A DNA stretch of 64,000 bases from Candidatus Gastranaerophilales bacterium. GTDB taxonomy: Bacteria; Cyanobacteriota; Vampirovibrionia; Gastranaerophilales; Gastranaerophilaceae. A model generated the notes under the pieces. That model was given only the letters and a program-made list of their open reading frames with translations. It ran no database searches and was not told the origin of the DNA. The position numbers were made by a program, and so were the translations under genes. Shown here piece by piece: positions 9,143 through 18,322 of the stretch (positions are counted from its first letter, which is position 1; every line of letters begins with the position of its first letter). The stretch is taken from positions 83,379-147,378 of the forward strand of contig CAAGHI010000063.1 of assembly GCA_900769645.1 (NCBI GenBank). The letters run 5' to 3'.

Positions 9143-9250
9143 ATGAGAAGAGATTGTTTTATGCAAGAATTGCTAAAAATGAAAAGCCACCTAATTTGTG
9201 GGGGTAAAGTGCTCGTCGGGGGGGGGGCAATCGTCACGAGGAACATGTAA
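9143..9250 (+). other. Leader sORF (MRRDCFMQELLKMKSHLICGGKVLVGGGAIVTRNM) reading through the G10 tract, out of frame with the pilin domain
   Basis: RBS AAAAGGAG 8 nt before ATG 9143; TAA at 9248-9250. Confidence 0.4.
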
Positions 9251-9917
9251 TAGTAGGTCGGCATTTACCTTGGTCGAAGTTCTCATCACCCTCGGCATAA
9301 TCGGGGTTGTGGCAGCATTGACTCTCCCAGCACTTATTCAGGGTTACAAAAAGCAAGAAGCTAGCACTAGATTAAAAAAGTTTTATAGTACGATGACTCA
9401 AGCGATTGCGACTGCAGAAGCAGACTCAGGTACTAAGGCTTATGATTGGGACGCATTGTTGTGGCCTACTTATGATCCTGCAAATTCTTATAAGCTAACC
9501 TCAGTTTATTATAATAAGTATATTGCTCCATATATAAAGACTTTGAAGGTTGAAGATGGGGTTTATGACCCGAAAAATAATATTAATAGTAAAATGAAAA
9601 TCTATTTTTCAGATGGTTCTACTGCAGAGCTTAATGATGGCTTATGTGTAGATGTTTATTATGATATAAATGGACCTAAGGAACCAAATCAGACAGGAAA
9701 AGATATATTTTTGTTTTATATAGCAACAGCAAAGTCACATGCCAACAATCGTCAGCATGAACTTTATCAAAATCAGTCTTTTTCAGTTGGTTATCTTCCA
9801 CTTTATAACACTGAAACAAAAGCTCTAAATGCTTGTAAAACAAATGCTTCTTTTTGTTCAACATTGTTAATGTATCATAATTTTGAATTTCCCAAAAATT
9901 ATCCTTATAAGTTATGA
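9198..9917 (+). CDS. Pilin-like protein with prepilin-type N-terminal domain (RSA|FTLVEVLITLGIIGVVAALTLP), paralog 2. Only a GTG lies in frame upstream; ATG 9143 is fused by a -1 G
   Basis: No ATG in the pilin frame between the tract and the FTLVEV motif; shares the DINGPKEPN motif with paralog 1. Confidence 0.6.
   Translation: MGVKCSSGGGQSSRGTCNSRSAFTLVEVLITLGIIGVVAALTLPALIQGYKKQEASTRLKKFYSTMTQAIATAEADSGTKAYDWDALLWPTYDPANSYKLTSVYYNKYIAPYIKTLKVEDGVYDPKNNINSKMKIYFSDGSTAELNDGLCVDVYYDINGPKEPNQTGKDIFLFYIATAKSHANNRQHELYQNQSFSVGYLPLYNTETKALNACKTNASFCSTLLMYHNFEFPKNYPYKL
9218..9227 (+). repeat. Homopolymeric G10 tract, candidate phase-variation site
   Basis: Flanks conserved with locus 1: AGTGCTCG..G10..CAA(G/T)CGTCACG. 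Confidence 0.8.
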
Positions 9918-10035
9918 GCAACGGCTGCTTGATAAATTATTTGTAATTTGTAAAATTCCTGATTAACATTATGTAAAGATATTGGTAATTAATTTTTTAT
10001 CGGTTATAATTATTTTATTATATAGGAAGATGATT

Positions 10036-10830
10036 ATGCAGGATACTTTGGAAAGAAAACAGATAAAAAATATTGATTTCAATATCGATTTGGCGCAAAG
10101 CTTCGGTATTTACAAGAATAATGCAGAATTTGATTTGTTGGATTATGCAAGTTCTGTAAACATTTCTTGCGGTTTCCATGCCGGTGATCCGTTGACTATT
10201 CGCAACGCTTTATTAAAAGCTAAAGAAAAAAACGTTGTAGTCGGCGCTCATATCGGATTTGACGATATTCAAGGCTTTGGGTATCGTGATATGGATTTAG
10301 ATGAAGATGAAATTGAAGCACTTGTTGTTTATCAAGTTGGTGCATTAATGTCTTTTGCCAAGTCTATGCATTTGGAAATTGAGCATGTAAGACCACATGG
10401 TGCGATGTATAAAAGGTGCGCAGAAGATTTCGCGTTTGCTTGTTCTGTTGCAAAAGCTATTAAAAAATGTTCTGAGTGGCTTGTTTATTACGGTGCAACA
10501 GGTGAAATTACTGAAAAAACCGGAGAATTGATTAATATTCCGGTTGCACATGAAATTTGCTTAGAAAAAATGTATAATGTTGACGGAACAGTAAATTCTG
10601 TTGCTCGTGATAATGAAAATACTGATGTTGAAATTCAGAGATTGAAACAACTTTTGGCAACATCTCAGGTTTCAAATATCGAAGGCGGAAAAACTGTTGT
10701 GAAAGCTGATACAATACACTTTACAAACAGATTATCAAATTCTTATGATTTGATAAAACAGGCTCACAGAGTAATAACTCCTGTTCCTGTAAATTACAAA
10801 AACGCGTGTTTGTCAGGTTGGGTAGAATAG
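10036..10830 (+). CDS. pxpA: 5-oxoprolinase subunit A, LamB/YcsF family
   Basis: ISCGFHAGDP signature; ~265 aa; start chosen at ATG 10036, 6-7 nt after AGGAAG. Confidence 0.7.
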   Translation: MQDTLERKQIKNIDFNIDLAQSFGIYKNNAEFDLLDYASSVNISCGFHAGDPLTIRNALLKAKEKNVVVGAHIGFDDIQGFGYRDMDLDEDEIEALVVYQVGALMSFAKSMHLEIEHVRPHGAMYKRCAEDFAFACSVAKAIKKCSEWLVYYGATGEITEKTGELINIPVAHEICLEKMYNVDGTVNSVARDNENTDVEIQRLKQLLATSQVSNIEGGKTVVKADTIHFTNRLSNSYDLIKQAHRVITPVPVNYKNACLSGWVE

Positions 10831-10843
10831 AAGAAGGTAAATT

Positions 10844-12199
10844 GTGATAAAGAATTTTAGAAAAAACGTTAAATTGCCGGAAGATGTAATGTGGCTTATG
10901 CCAGGGTTGCAGGTGAAAAGATGGTTTGCACTCATATTTTTAGGTGCTGTTTTGATGACTTTGGGCGTGTTGATTTTGTTCGACATTAAACCGGTTTTTT
11001 ATACAATGGAATTTATCCGTAAAGTTGCCCAAAACCTTTCTACCGAATGGCTTGCATTTGCTGTTGTAATGTTTGGTGCCGGTGTGTTTTTTAAAGGTTG
11101 GCAAAAGACTAACTTATCTATGATTGATGGTGGTTCAAACCATGCTTTGTTGGAAACTTTGTATAGAAGAAGAAAGTTGAATAGAGGTCCTAAAATCGTT
11201 GCGGTTGGCGGCGGAACAGGACTTTCGATGTTACTTCGCGGAATTAAAAATATAACTAATAATGTAACTGCTGTTGTTACAGTTGGTGATGATGGCGGAA
11301 GTTCGGGCAGATTGCGTGAAGAAATGGGAGTTTTGCCACCTGGAGATATTAGAAACTGTATTGCAGCTTTAGCTGATGATGAAGATTTAGTTACAAAGTT
11401 ATTCCAATATAGATTTAAGACTGGTGAAGGCTTGGAAGGTCACAGTTTTGGAAACTTGTTCTTGACTGCGCTTTGCTCAATTACCGGTGATATGGTTCGT
11501 GCTGTTAAAGAATCTTCTAATGTTTTGTCAATCAGAGGGCGCGTTTTGCCGTCAACTCTTGATGATATGAAACTTGTTGCAGAAATGGAAGATGGACGTA
11601 TTATTCACGGTGAATCAAATATTCCGGAAGCTCACGGTAAGATTAAAAGATTGTTTACAGATCCACAGGTTTGTAAACCTTTACCTGATGTTATTGAAGC
11701 AATTCGTGATGCAGAATTGATTATTTTAGGTCCTGGAAGCTTGTACACAAGTGTTACTCCAAACCTTTTGATTAAAGAAATTGCGCATGAAATCGCTATT
11801 TCTAAGGCTAAAAAAATCTATGTTTGTAACATAATGACTCAACCTGGAGAAACTGACGGTTATAGTGTTACAGACCACATAAATGCTTTGATTAAGCATG
11901 CCGGCAGCAAGAAAATTATTGATGCGGTTTTGGTGAACGATTTTATGCCTTCTAATTTGGCTAAAAAGTACCAATTGTCAGGTTCTTATCCTGTGAAACT
12001 TGATTTGGATAGCTTGAAGAAAATGGGGATCAGACTTGTTTCCAGAAAGTTGATTGAAGACAGTAAAGAAGGGCTTGTTCGACACAGTTCTAACAGGGTT
12101 GCAAGAGCTATTTATTACTGGTTCAGAAAAGAGCAAAAGGGGCAACGTGTAAAAAACTCGATTGACAAAAAACAAGAAAAACAAGGTTGTGCAGTGTAA
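10844..12199 (+). CDS. yvcK: YvcK/CofD-family gluconeogenesis factor with an N-terminal two-TM extension
   Basis: IVAVGGGTGLS and VVTVGDDGGSSGRLR motifs; GTG start after GAAGGT. Confidence 0.7.
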   Translation: MIKNFRKNVKLPEDVMWLMPGLQVKRWFALIFLGAVLMTLGVLILFDIKPVFYTMEFIRKVAQNLSTEWLAFAVVMFGAGVFFKGWQKTNLSMIDGGSNHALLETLYRRRKLNRGPKIVAVGGGTGLSMLLRGIKNITNNVTAVVTVGDDGGSSGRLREEMGVLPPGDIRNCIAALADDEDLVTKLFQYRFKTGEGLEGHSFGNLFLTALCSITGDMVRAVKESSNVLSIRGRVLPSTLDDMKLVAEMEDGRIIHGESNIPEAHGKIKRLFTDPQVCKPLPDVIEAIRDAELIILGPGSLYTSVTPNLLIKEIAHEIAISKAKKIYVCNIMTQPGETDGYSVTDHINALIKHAGSKKIIDAVLVNDFMPSNLAKKYQLSGSYPVKLDLDSLKKMGIRLVSRKLIEDSKEGLVRHSSNRVARAIYYWFRKEQKGQRVKNSIDKKQEKQGCAV

Positions 12200-12999
12200 T
12201 GGTAAAAAAGATTACTGTAAATACAATTCAAAAATATAAAAACGAAGGACAGAAGTTTTCTGTCCTTACTGCTTATGATTACTCTACGGCAAAATATATT
12301 GACGAAGCTGGGATTGATATCGTTTTGATTGGTGACAGCTTGGCTATGGTTGCCTTGGGCTATGAAACGACTCACAGTATCGGCGTTGACGAGATGTCGA
12401 TTTTTACAAAGGCTGTTGCTCGTGGAGTTTTGCATGCTATGGTAATCACTGACATGCCGTTTTTGAGTTATCACACAGATGTTGCAACTGCTGTAAAAAA
12501 TTGCGGCGAAATGATTAGATGTGGTGCAAATGGTGTTAAGATTGAGGGTTACAGTGATTATATTTTGAGTGTGATAAAAAGACTTGTCGAAACAGGAATT
12601 CCTGTTATGGGACATTTGGGTTTTACTCCCCAGTTTTTGAATACTTTGGGCGGATATAAAATTCAGGGTAAAACGCAAGAGGCTGCGGAAGAAATTTTGA
12701 AGCAGGCGAAAGAGCTTGAAAAAGCTGGTGTTTTCTCAATCGTTTTGGAAATGGTTCCACAAGAGGCTGCAAAATATATTACAGAGAATTTGAAAGTTCC
12801 GACAATTTCTTGTGGTGCCGGAAAATATTGTGATTCTCAGGTGCTTGTGTCTGATGATGTGTTTGGCAAATTTTCTGATTTCAAACCTAAATTTGCACGC
12901 AAATATGGTGATATGAAGGAATTGATTTTGTCTTGCGCAAAACAGTTTGATGAAGATGTAAAATCTGGTCGTTTCCCATCTTATGATGAGGTTTTTTAG
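12199..12999 (+). CDS. panB: 3-methyl-2-oxobutanoate hydroxymethyltransferase
   Basis: LTAYDYSTAK, GIDIVLIGDSLAMV; ATG overlaps the yvcK stop (TAATG). Confidence 0.8.
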   Translation: MVKKITVNTIQKYKNEGQKFSVLTAYDYSTAKYIDEAGIDIVLIGDSLAMVALGYETTHSIGVDEMSIFTKAVARGVLHAMVITDMPFLSYHTDVATAVKNCGEMIRCGANGVKIEGYSDYILSVIKRLVETGIPVMGHLGFTPQFLNTLGGYKIQGKTQEAAEEILKQAKELEKAGVFSIVLEMVPQEAAKYITENLKVPTISCGAGKYCDSQVLVSDDVFGKFSDFKPKFARKYGDMKELILSCAKQFDEDVKSGRFPSYDEVF

Positions 13000-13001
13000 A
13001 T

Positions 13002-13631
13002 CTATTCATCAAGTTTTAAAACTTCCGCCATGTTTTTATATTTTTTTGTAACGTTGGCAGTTATTTTGTATGGAGAATTTTGTTTATAATTTTCAATTGC
13101 CTTTTTTATGCCTTTTGGTTTAAGAGTAAGATCTTTAAAGTCTTTTGACGTTTTAAATCCCATTTTGCGGAACAAACTTTTTGTAGAGTCTTTAATTTCT
13201 TTCGGAGCAATTAGTGTAAATGTTTTTAACCTTTCTGTACTGTTCATTGCCCCATAGATCAAAGCTTCTCGAGTTAATGAACTTTTGTCTAGGCATAACA
13301 TGTTTTGGATAAAGCTGTCCGCCATGTTTTTAATGTCAATTAATCCCGTGATTTTTGAGTCATTTTCGATTGCCATAATAACGTGGCTGAACGGGTTGTT
13401 TATCGCAGAACGCAATGAAGCTTTGAAAACATCTTTTTGGGAACCTTCGCCAATGTATAATTTGTCTTCTGGAAGTTTGTGTCCATTCAAAATTGGGAAT
13501 ATTCTGTTGATAAATGCCGAATCATCTTTATTAAGCCTGTATAAATCAATTTTCTTTGTAGGTGTTTTAATTGTTTGTAGCTTAATTCCGGTGAAATTTG
13601 TATTATATGTATTTGTATTGTTGATTTGCAT
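13002..13631 (-). CDS. Hypothetical protein
   Basis: 209 aa ORF convergent with panB; no confident domain. Confidence 0.4.
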   Translation of the reverse strand: MQINNTNTYNTNFTGIKLQTIKTPTKKIDLYRLNKDDSAFINRIFPILNGHKLPEDKLYIGEGSQKDVFKASLRSAINNPFSHVIMAIENDSKITGLIDIKNMADSFIQNMLCLDKSSLTREALIYGAMNSTERLKTFTLIAPKEIKDSTKSLFRKMGFKTSKDFKDLTLKPKGIKKAIENYKQNSPYKITANVTKKYKNMAEVLKLDE

Positions 13632-13689
13632 GTGTTCTCCTTTTTAGGATTAAAACTCAAGGAAAAAATTTTTTGCGCCTTTGTGTTTT

Positions 13690-13960
13690 TACCCCTCACC
13701 TGAATTTCTAAGTTCGCTCTAGCTCACTAAGAAATTCTTTCCTCTCCCCGTAGGGGCGAAGAGTGACTTCGTAATTATAAACTCAACTACTAATAATCGT
13801 TCCAGTGGGGAAAGCGGACTTCGTCAGAACAATAATCGTTAGTCGTTAAAAGCGCTACTATGAATATAAGTAAAATTTTTAGAATAATTATGAAAAGCGT
13901 CATCACTAATAACCGTTCCAGTGGGGGAAGGCGACTTCGTCGCCAAAAAAAACGGACGTT
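13690..13960. repeat. Cluster of family-2 hairpin repeats (…GACTTCGTAATT; two copies of TAATAA(T/C)CGTTCCAGTGGGG…GACTTCGTC)
   Basis: Internal direct repeats at 13791 and 13907; GGCGACTTCGTCGCC palindrome. Confidence 0.6.
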
Positions 13961-14503
13961 CTATCAAGATAGATTGTCCGGTATTTCATTTTCTGAAACA
14001 AAAAGGATTTACATTAACTTATTATGTTTAATAATAATCTTTTTCATACTATGGCACTTTTGTGCCAGAGTCTTTTTTTATCACCTCAAATTCTTGGAAC
14101 ATATCCCCACTCCCAAGATATTTTTATAATAGTCTTAAATAAGTTAAAAATAAACAGTGTATAGTGATAATCGTGTTGTATTTTTACAATTAATTTTTAC
14201 TGATGGTTTAATATGTAGAGTATGAGGGGAATTGTGCGTATTTGTAAAAATTTTAAAAAGTTTACTTAATTTTTATTAAGCAAATCTTCAAAACACTTGC
14301 TATTGTGAAAAGCACCATGCTTTAAGTACTTCAATAAAATATGTGAACAATTGTAAAGAATAAGAAATGTTAATTTTGGGAATAATTTATTAGGTCGAGA
14401 TGTAAATATAATGTAAACAATTGTAACGAATTGAGAACATGCTGAAATCGGTTGATTTTGTAGTTGTTTATATATTTAAGCGTACAAAAAGAGAGATGAG
14501 CTA

Positions 14504-16123
14504 ATGAGCGGAATTTTAGCAAAAGTTAATAGTCGCGCAGCAACAAGTGCAACCCGCCAAGCTACTGGACAGAGTAGCGTAGCTCGTACTGCTGCTAAAA
14601 ATATTAGTGGCAGCTCTACTGCAACTGGTAATGTTGGCGGATTACGTACTTCTGGGGCAAAAGATTTTGGTATTTTTGCACAACGCAGTACAACTGGTCT
14701 AGGTCTTCAATATAACACTAAAGGTTATAATAGTGCATCTTTAAGTGCAGCTCGTCATGGTTATAATGATGGACATACTCAGGTTTATAATGATATGTAT
14801 AGAGGCTGGAATGGCTATAGCCACAATTCAAATAGTTCATTGAACAAATTCGCTGCTGCTATGATGGCAATTGGAGTTTTAGGTGGTATTGCAAATCAAG
14901 CTGTAACTGCTTCAAAATCAACAAAAACATCTTCAACACAAGGAAATACAAATACTTCAAGTACTGGAGGAACTACAGGTTCAACTGCTCCAACTTCGTT
15001 GTCCAAAATGAAAGCTGCAAAAGATTCAGGTTCTTTGAGAGAAGCTATTGAGGAAGGAAAAGCAAATAAAGCTAAGATGGAAACTGATTTAAATACCTTA
15101 AATACTAAATTGCCAAATATGAAAGCAAAGGCAGAGGAAGCAACTAAAAAACTTGAAACCTTGAAACCTGAATTGGCAAAAGCTAAAGAAGAAATGACTA
15201 CTGCAGAAAAGAATAAAAAGGATGCAGAGGGTATCAAAAAAGCGAATGCAGAAGCTGTAAATAATGCTGAAAGTCGTTTACAAGGTGCAACACAAGGCTT
15301 AACAACAGCAAAACAAGGTTTAACAACAGCAAAACAAGCATTAGGTACTGCTCAAGCAAAATTGGCATCTACCCCAGAAACGATTACAGGTCCAGATGGT
15401 AAACAACAGGCAAATCCTGCTTATGAACAGGCTAAACAAGCTGTAAAAGAGGCAGAAGAGCAAGTTAAGCAAGCAGAAGAGTCTTTTGACAAAGCAACAC
15501 AAGAATACAATGCTGCAAACGATTATGATAAACAAGCAAAATCTGATTATGAAAAAGCAGTTAAACAACTTGCAAATTCAGAAGAAAACTTAGCTAAAAT
15601 GACAGAAAAATACAATGAAACAAAAGCTGAATATGATAAGTTGGAAGCAGATGTAAAGGCTGCAGAAGGAGTAAAAACAGAGTATGATAATGCCGTTAAA
15701 CAGCAGTCAGAATTGCAAGCGAATATAAAATCATTAGAGTCAGAAATTCCGGCTCAAGAAAAGAGATTGACAGAATTAGAAAATAAAGAATCAAAAGGGT
15801 TTGATGCTGCTGGTAATACAATATTGCAAATGACTAATAAACTCGCTGGTAGTGATGGCATACCTGGAACCTCTGATGATAAGAAAAAACTAAAATCAAA
15901 AGACCAACAAAAATTGGATGATGCAAAGACTTTACAACGAAATGTCGGTTATACAAAATTGTATAAAACAACTGGAGAAAAAGTTGGTAACCAAACATTC
16001 CGTACAGGTTCTTATAACGGAGAAACATTGTACATGATTGGTGCAAGAAGAGTTGATAAAGACGAATATGATTTAAAAATGAGAGAAATAAGAGGTTCTT
16101 TGCAAGATAATCCTTCTTCATAG
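14504..16123 (+). CDS. Long coiled-coil protein with a low-complexity S/T/A-rich N-terminus
   Basis: GLTTAKQGLTTAKQALGTAQ repeats; heptad-rich; 539 aa. Confidence 0.5.
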   Translation: MSGILAKVNSRAATSATRQATGQSSVARTAAKNISGSSTATGNVGGLRTSGAKDFGIFAQRSTTGLGLQYNTKGYNSASLSAARHGYNDGHTQVYNDMYRGWNGYSHNSNSSLNKFAAAMMAIGVLGGIANQAVTASKSTKTSSTQGNTNTSSTGGTTGSTAPTSLSKMKAAKDSGSLREAIEEGKANKAKMETDLNTLNTKLPNMKAKAEEATKKLETLKPELAKAKEEMTTAEKNKKDAEGIKKANAEAVNNAESRLQGATQGLTTAKQGLTTAKQALGTAQAKLASTPETITGPDGKQQANPAYEQAKQAVKEAEEQVKQAEESFDKATQEYNAANDYDKQAKSDYEKAVKQLANSEENLAKMTEKYNETKAEYDKLEADVKAAEGVKTEYDNAVKQQSELQANIKSLESEIPAQEKRLTELENKESKGFDAAGNTILQMTNKLAGSDGIPGTSDDKKKLKSKDQQKLDDAKTLQRNVGYTKLYKTTGEKVGNQTFRTGSYNGETLYMIGARRVDKDEYDLKMREIRGSLQDNPSS

Positions 16124-16204
16124 AAAAATTGCAAAATCTTAACAAACCACTTTACATTTAATCGATTCTAATTTATAATAACCACATAGGCAGTATTGCC
16201 ACAG

Positions 16205-16236
16205 AAAAAACGAACGAGATATCTCGTTCGTTTTTT
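16205..16236. terminator. Strong bidirectional Rho-independent terminator (aacgaacgagat|atctcgttcgtt, then TTTTTT)
   Basis: Perfect 12 bp palindromic stem flanked by an A-run and a T-run. Confidence 0.75.
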
Positions 16237-16290
16237 ACATAAATACTCATACTTATACGGGTTAGGGTGAAAACCCAGAAAGGGTAGGTA

Positions 16291-16773
16291 ATGAAACAGG
16301 AAATTAACAGGCATGATGTGTTGGAAAAGATTACACCGTTGATTGAAAACACTGCGATGCGCTTTGGATATGTTCCAATCGAAATTGAATTTGTCAAAGA
16401 AAATCATAGATGGTTTTTGCGAATTTACCTTTACTCAAAAGAAAAAGAGGTTACTCTTGACGATTGTGAAAAAGTGACAAGAAGCCTGTCTGACTTTTTG
16501 GACGAACTTATTCCTGTTAAATACTACTTGGAAGTGTCCTCCCCAGGGTTAGAGAGAAAATTCAAGTCTGAAAAGGAATTTGTGATTTTTAACGGCAGAC
16601 GAATTAGTTTGAAGCTAAAAACACCTTTGGAAGGAGAAGAAGAAAAGATTTTTAAAGGCGAAATCCTTGACTATAACGAAACCGATGGGTTGAAATTTTT
16701 CCGTTTTGATGACGGAAAGGAACTTCAAATCCCGAAAGAAAATATTCAGTCAGCGAAATTGTATATTGATTGA
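16291..16773 (+). CDS. rimP: Ribosome maturation factor RimP
   Basis: Size and position immediately upstream of nusA; conserved EVSSPGLER motif. Confidence 0.75.
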   Translation: MKQEINRHDVLEKITPLIENTAMRFGYVPIEIEFVKENHRWFLRIYLYSKEKEVTLDDCEKVTRSLSDFLDELIPVKYYLEVSSPGLERKFKSEKEFVIFNGRRISLKLKTPLEGEEEKIFKGEILDYNETDGLKFFRFDDGKELQIPKENIQSAKLYID

Positions 16774-16839
16774 AGTCGTTAGGATTTATAGACTTTACGA
16801 TAAATTATAACACTCACAACTAACGAAAGGAAAATAATC

Positions 16840-18066
16840 ATGATTAAAATTGGAACAGCATTATTTGAGGCTTGTGAAGAGCTTGAAAGAGAAAGAGGAA
16901 TTTCTAAGGAAGTTTTGATTGCATCTTTGTGTGATGCGATGGTTGCTGCTTACAAAAAGCACATGCGCATTAAAGAAGCTGATAATATTGAAGCTATTTT
17001 GGACGAACAATCAGGCGAAATCGGTGTTTTCAGTACAAAACTTGTTGTTGATGACGTTGAAGATGAAGATACTCAAATCACTTTGGCGGAAGCAAAAGAA
17101 ATTGCTGAAGATGTTGAAGTTGGTGACGAAATTAAGATTGAAGTTACTCCTGAACAATTTGGACGTATTGCTGCTCAATCTGCAAAACAAGTTATTACAC
17201 AACGTATCAGAGAAGCCGAAAGAAACATGGTATTGCAAGAGTTCATGGAGAAAAAAGGAACTTTGACAACAGGTATTATTCAACGTGTTGAAAACCGTAA
17301 TGTTATTGTTAATATTGGTAAAATCGATGCTATTATGCCTCAAAAAGAACAAATCCCTGGAGAATATTACAAACCTGGTAACAGAATCAGAGTTTTTGTT
17401 CTTAACGTAAAAGAAACAACAAGATTGCCACAAGTTATCGTTTCTCATGCGCATGCTGAAATCGTTAGAGAATTGTTTGAACTTGAAGTCCCTGAAATTG
17501 AAGATGGAATCGTTGAAATTAAATCAATTTCAAGAGAAGCTGGCTACAGAACAAAAATTGCTGTTTGGTCAAATGATCCGGAAGTTGACTCCGTTGGCGC
17601 TTGTATCGGACCTCGTGGTAGCAGAATTCAAACAATTGTTTCTGAATTGAAAAACGAAAAAATCGATATTGTTAGATATTCAGAAGATCCTGTTGAATAT
17701 ATTGTAAACGCCTTGTCACCGGCAAGAGTTGTGTCTGTTGATATTTTGGCAGATGATGAATATGCACATGACGCAATGGTTGTTGTTCCTGACGATCAAT
17801 TGAGCCTTGCAATCGGTAGAGAGGGGCAAAACGTAAGACTTGCTCACAAATTGACTGGTTGGAAAATAGATATTAAGAGCGTTTCTCAAATGGAAAGAGC
17901 AGAAGCTCAAAATATCTCTAATTACGAAGAAACTCCGGAAGAAGTTGAAGAAGAGGCAGTAGAAGAAGTTGATGAACTTCAACAAGAGATTGAAGAAGAG
18001 ATGAATCAACAAGCTTTGGACGAAGAAGATCTTCAAGAAGATGCTGCTGAAGAAACAGAAGAATAG
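16840..18066 (+). CDS. nusA: Transcription termination/antitermination factor NusA with an acidic C-terminal tail
   Basis: S1 and KH domains (GxIIGxxGxxI patterns); N-terminal NusA domain. Confidence 0.85.
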   Translation: MIKIGTALFEACEELERERGISKEVLIASLCDAMVAAYKKHMRIKEADNIEAILDEQSGEIGVFSTKLVVDDVEDEDTQITLAEAKEIAEDVEVGDEIKIEVTPEQFGRIAAQSAKQVITQRIREAERNMVLQEFMEKKGTLTTGIIQRVENRNVIVNIGKIDAIMPQKEQIPGEYYKPGNRIRVFVLNVKETTRLPQVIVSHAHAEIVRELFELEVPEIEDGIVEIKSISREAGYRTKIAVWSNDPEVDSVGACIGPRGSRIQTIVSELKNEKIDIVRYSEDPVEYIVNALSPARVVSVDILADDEYAHDAMVVVPDDQLSLAIGREGQNVRLAHKLTGWKIDIKSVSQMERAEAQNISNYEETPEEVEEEAVEEVDELQQEIEEEMNQQALDEEDLQEDAAEETEE

Positions 18067-18117
18067 TTTAAAATTCGTTATCTTTAGCGTTTAGCAAAAG
18101 AGTTCAAAAACTATAAA

Positions 18118-18144
18118 AGAGCCTCAATTTTGGGGCTCTTTTTA
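18118..18144 (+). terminator. Rho-independent terminator after nusA (agagcc…ggctct tttt)
   Basis: 6 bp stem plus a short T-run. Confidence 0.5.
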
Positions 18145-18145
18145 A

Positions 18146-18200
18146 ATAGTCGTAATTTATAAATTACGGAGTCACTCCTCTCCTACACAGGGGCAAGGGG
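18146..18200. repeat. Family-2 hairpin repeat, reverse orientation (AATTACGGAGTCACTCCTCTCC…GGGGCAAGGGGG)
   Basis: Reverse complement matches the ends of the 1737 and 13690 copies. Confidence 0.5.
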
Positions 18201-18322
18201 GAATATTTACAAAAATCCTCAAGACTTGTTGACAAAAAAGTTTGAGCAAATATTATATATGTAAATGGCTTAAAATACCAAATTAGTATTGTAGTATAAA
18301 CTAGAAAAAGGAGATTAATCTC

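Noticed and set aside
12115-12678. 187-aa ORF on the minus strand
   Set aside because: It lies entirely antisense to the well-supported yvcK/panB genes and has low-complexity composition; it is a shadow ORF.
13860-14129. 89-aa ORF in the 13.6-14.5 kb intergenic region
   Set aside because: It spans dispersed hairpin repeats (GACTTCGTCGCC and similar), has no RBS, and its composition is driven by the repeats.
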